Assembly (NCBI RefSeq): GCF_018977255.1
Contig: NW_024705399.1
Coordinates: 1 to 48,136, forward strand
From: Callorhinchus milii
Taxonomy: Eukaryota
Length of the DNA stretch: 48,136 nucleotides
Reading direction: 5' to 3'
A program made the translations under genes and the position numbers. This document shows, one piece after another, positions 46,020-48,136 of this stretch. Positions within the stretch are counted from its first letter, which is position 1. Each line of letters starts with the position of its first letter. The notes beneath the pieces are model-generated. The model saw only the letters and a program-made list of their open reading frames with translations. It searched no databases and was not told the origin of the DNA.

Positions 46020-47960
46020 GGATTTAGAGAGCGTGACTACGTTAGAGCGAGACAGAGGGAGAGAAACAGAATTCGAGAGAGACTGAAAGAAAGAAACTAA
46101 AAGGGAGACTGAGAGAGCGACAGACTCAGAGAAAGACAGAAAGAGTCAGAGAGAATAGAGTAGAAGAAATATAATATATAATGACTGTATTTTGTGGGAG
46201 AGACAAAGAGATAGAGACTGAGAGAGAAAGAGGGACAGATGACGACACAGAGAGAGACTGAGAGAAAAATACATTATAACCAATAGTGACTGTGTCTTGT
46301 GGGAGAGGCAGAGCAAGAGACTGTGAGAAAGACTGAAAATATATTACTAAGTGTAGTGACTGTGTTTCATGGGTGAGATAGAGCAACTGACAGACAGAGA
46401 ATGAGCGAGAAAGCATGACTGAGAGAGAGTGCCTGGGAGAGATTATGAACGAACATTTCTTATGAAGTGTAGTGACTGTGTGCTTTGTGGAGGATGAGAT
46501 ATATATATAGAGAGAAAGACAGTGCAAGATACAGAGAGAGAGAGACATTGAGCGACTGAGAGAGAGAATGGGAGCGACTATAAAATAGAGAGTGACTACG
46601 AGACAGAGCGAAAGAGAGAGAGAGAGAGCGACTGAAAATAAGAATGAGAGAGGAACTGAGAGAAAATATTTTAATGTGTATTGACTGTGTGTTTTGTTGG
46701 AGTAACTGAGAGAGCCTGAGAGCGAGAGAGAGATAGCGAGAGAGAGAAAGGGAGAAACTTCGGGAGAGAAACTGCGGGAGAGATAGAGAAAGAGGTTCTG
46801 AGAGAGAATGAGAGAGAAAGTGATAGACACAGAAAGAGAGACTGAGCGAGAGCCTCAGAGAGCCTGAGAGAAAGACATAGCGAGGCAGAGTCTTGCTGTG
46901 TGTGTGTGTGAGTGAGAGAGAGAGAGACAGAGAGAGAGACTGAAAGAAAGAGAGTTTGAAAGAGAGGGAAAGAAAGAGACGCTTTGATAGAGAAAATATT
47001 ATATGTTGACTTTCTGAATTTGTGTTTCGTGGGAGACAGAGAGAGAGACAGTGAGAGAGAGAGAGAGACTGAGGTATGTAGAGAGAATGTGAAGGAGACA
47101 GAGACTGAGAAACACTCAGAGAAAATATACTATATAGTGTAGTGACTGTTTTTTTAAGAGAGATAGAGAGACTGAAAGAGTCTGACAGATACGGAAACAT
47201 ATAGAGAGGGAGAGAGTCAGAAGCAGAAAGAGAAATAGAGAGAGAGAGAGACTGTCAGGGAAAATAAATTATGAAGTGTATTGACTGCTTTGTGGGAGAT
47301 GCGGAGAGAGAGAGAGAGAGTGTGAGAGAGAGAAAATGAGACAGAGAGGGACAAGGAGAGAGAGTGACTGACTACGTGAGAGACAGACAGGCAGACAGTT
47401 AGAAAGAGAGACTGCGAGAGAGACAGAGAGTTATACTGATAGAAAGAGAGACTCCGAGAGGCTCGGAGTGGAACTATACTTTAAAGTATACTTACTTTGT
47501 GATTTGTGGGAGAGGTAGAGAGCGAGAAGAGAGAGAGAGAGAACGAGACTGAGAGAGAGCCTGAGAGAGAAAGTGAGGGACACAGATTGAGTGATAGACT
47601 GAGAGAAAGGCTGATAGAGACTGAGATAGAGAGAATGACTGAATGAGAGACAGATTGGGAGAAAGAAAGAATGAGAGAGAGAGAGCGAGAGAGAGACTGC
47701 GAAAGAGAGAGATTGAAAGAGCGCGATTGCAAGACAAGAGAGAGTGACTGAGAGAGACAGGGTGGGAGACTCTGTTAGAGAAGAGAGTGAGAGAGAATAT
47801 ATTACCAAGTTTGCTGACTCCGGAATTTGAGTGAGACACTGAGAGAGATTCAGAGAAAGAGAGAGAGAGACTGAGAGAGATTCAGAGACAGAGACGGAGA
47901 CTGAGATTGATAGAGAGAGAGAGAGAGAGAGACGGAGAGCAAGAGAGAGACTATGAGGGA
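46020..47960. repeat. GA-rich tract with ~10 interspersed copies of an AT-rich ~40-bp motif
   Basis: Motif AAAATATATTAyNAAGTGTAGTGACTGTGTnTTGTGGGAGA at ~46168, 46266, 46336, 46452, 46663, 46992, 47121, 47260, 47471, 47794. Confidence 0.85.
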
Positions 47961-48136
47961 CAGAAACAGTCTGCTTGAGTGCACATGTGAGGGTGTCTAT
48001 GACTCTGGTCACACGGTGAATGTTTGTTTTGAATGCATGTATATATGTGTGTCTGTTTGCGGGTTGTGTGTGTGTGTGTCCTGTTCAGCTATGCATGATT
48101 TTGGGGCTTCCTCCCTAATCTTGAGACGTTTAACTC

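Noticed and set aside
46160..47840. CRISPR-like repeat-spacer layout
   Set aside because: The repeats are degenerate, the spacers are low-complexity and unequal in length, there are no cas genes, and the context is a vertebrate intron.

Overview
Vertebrate genomic DNA, most likely from a cartilaginous fish (inferred from the NLR N-terminus and the CR1/L2/DeuSINE-type repeats). It is not prokaryotic, and most ORFs in the supplied track are repeat artefacts. 1-12530 is a complex CA/GT-rich satellite. It has an orientation flip at ~1742, homogenised 21-bp and 41-bp sub-arrays, a dyad core recurring at 176-178 bp, an approximately 2.8-kb higher-order period and a TSD-flanked L2 insertion. A CpG-island promoter with two NRF1-type sites lies at ~14160-14440. 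Downstream is a + strand multi-exon NLR gene (death-fold-like N-terminus, NACHT, start of LRR), with phase-compatible coding exons at 29356-29468, 35484-35647, 38140-38311, 40690-40755 and 42102-43808. The NACHT exon has a 1-nt frameshift at ~42461, and later LRR exons are not in the window. The long 5' region holds a nested tandem duplication with three copies of an 81-82-nt exon-like cassette and a 72-bp inverted repeat beside one acceptor. Introns contain nested CR1, L2 and tRNA-Ala-derived SINE insertions, minisatellites, and an array of a SINE-like motif in GA-rich spacers. No clearly new biological system is proven. The best leads are the NLR leader (cassette exons, uORF, hairpin) and the SINE-derived motif array.
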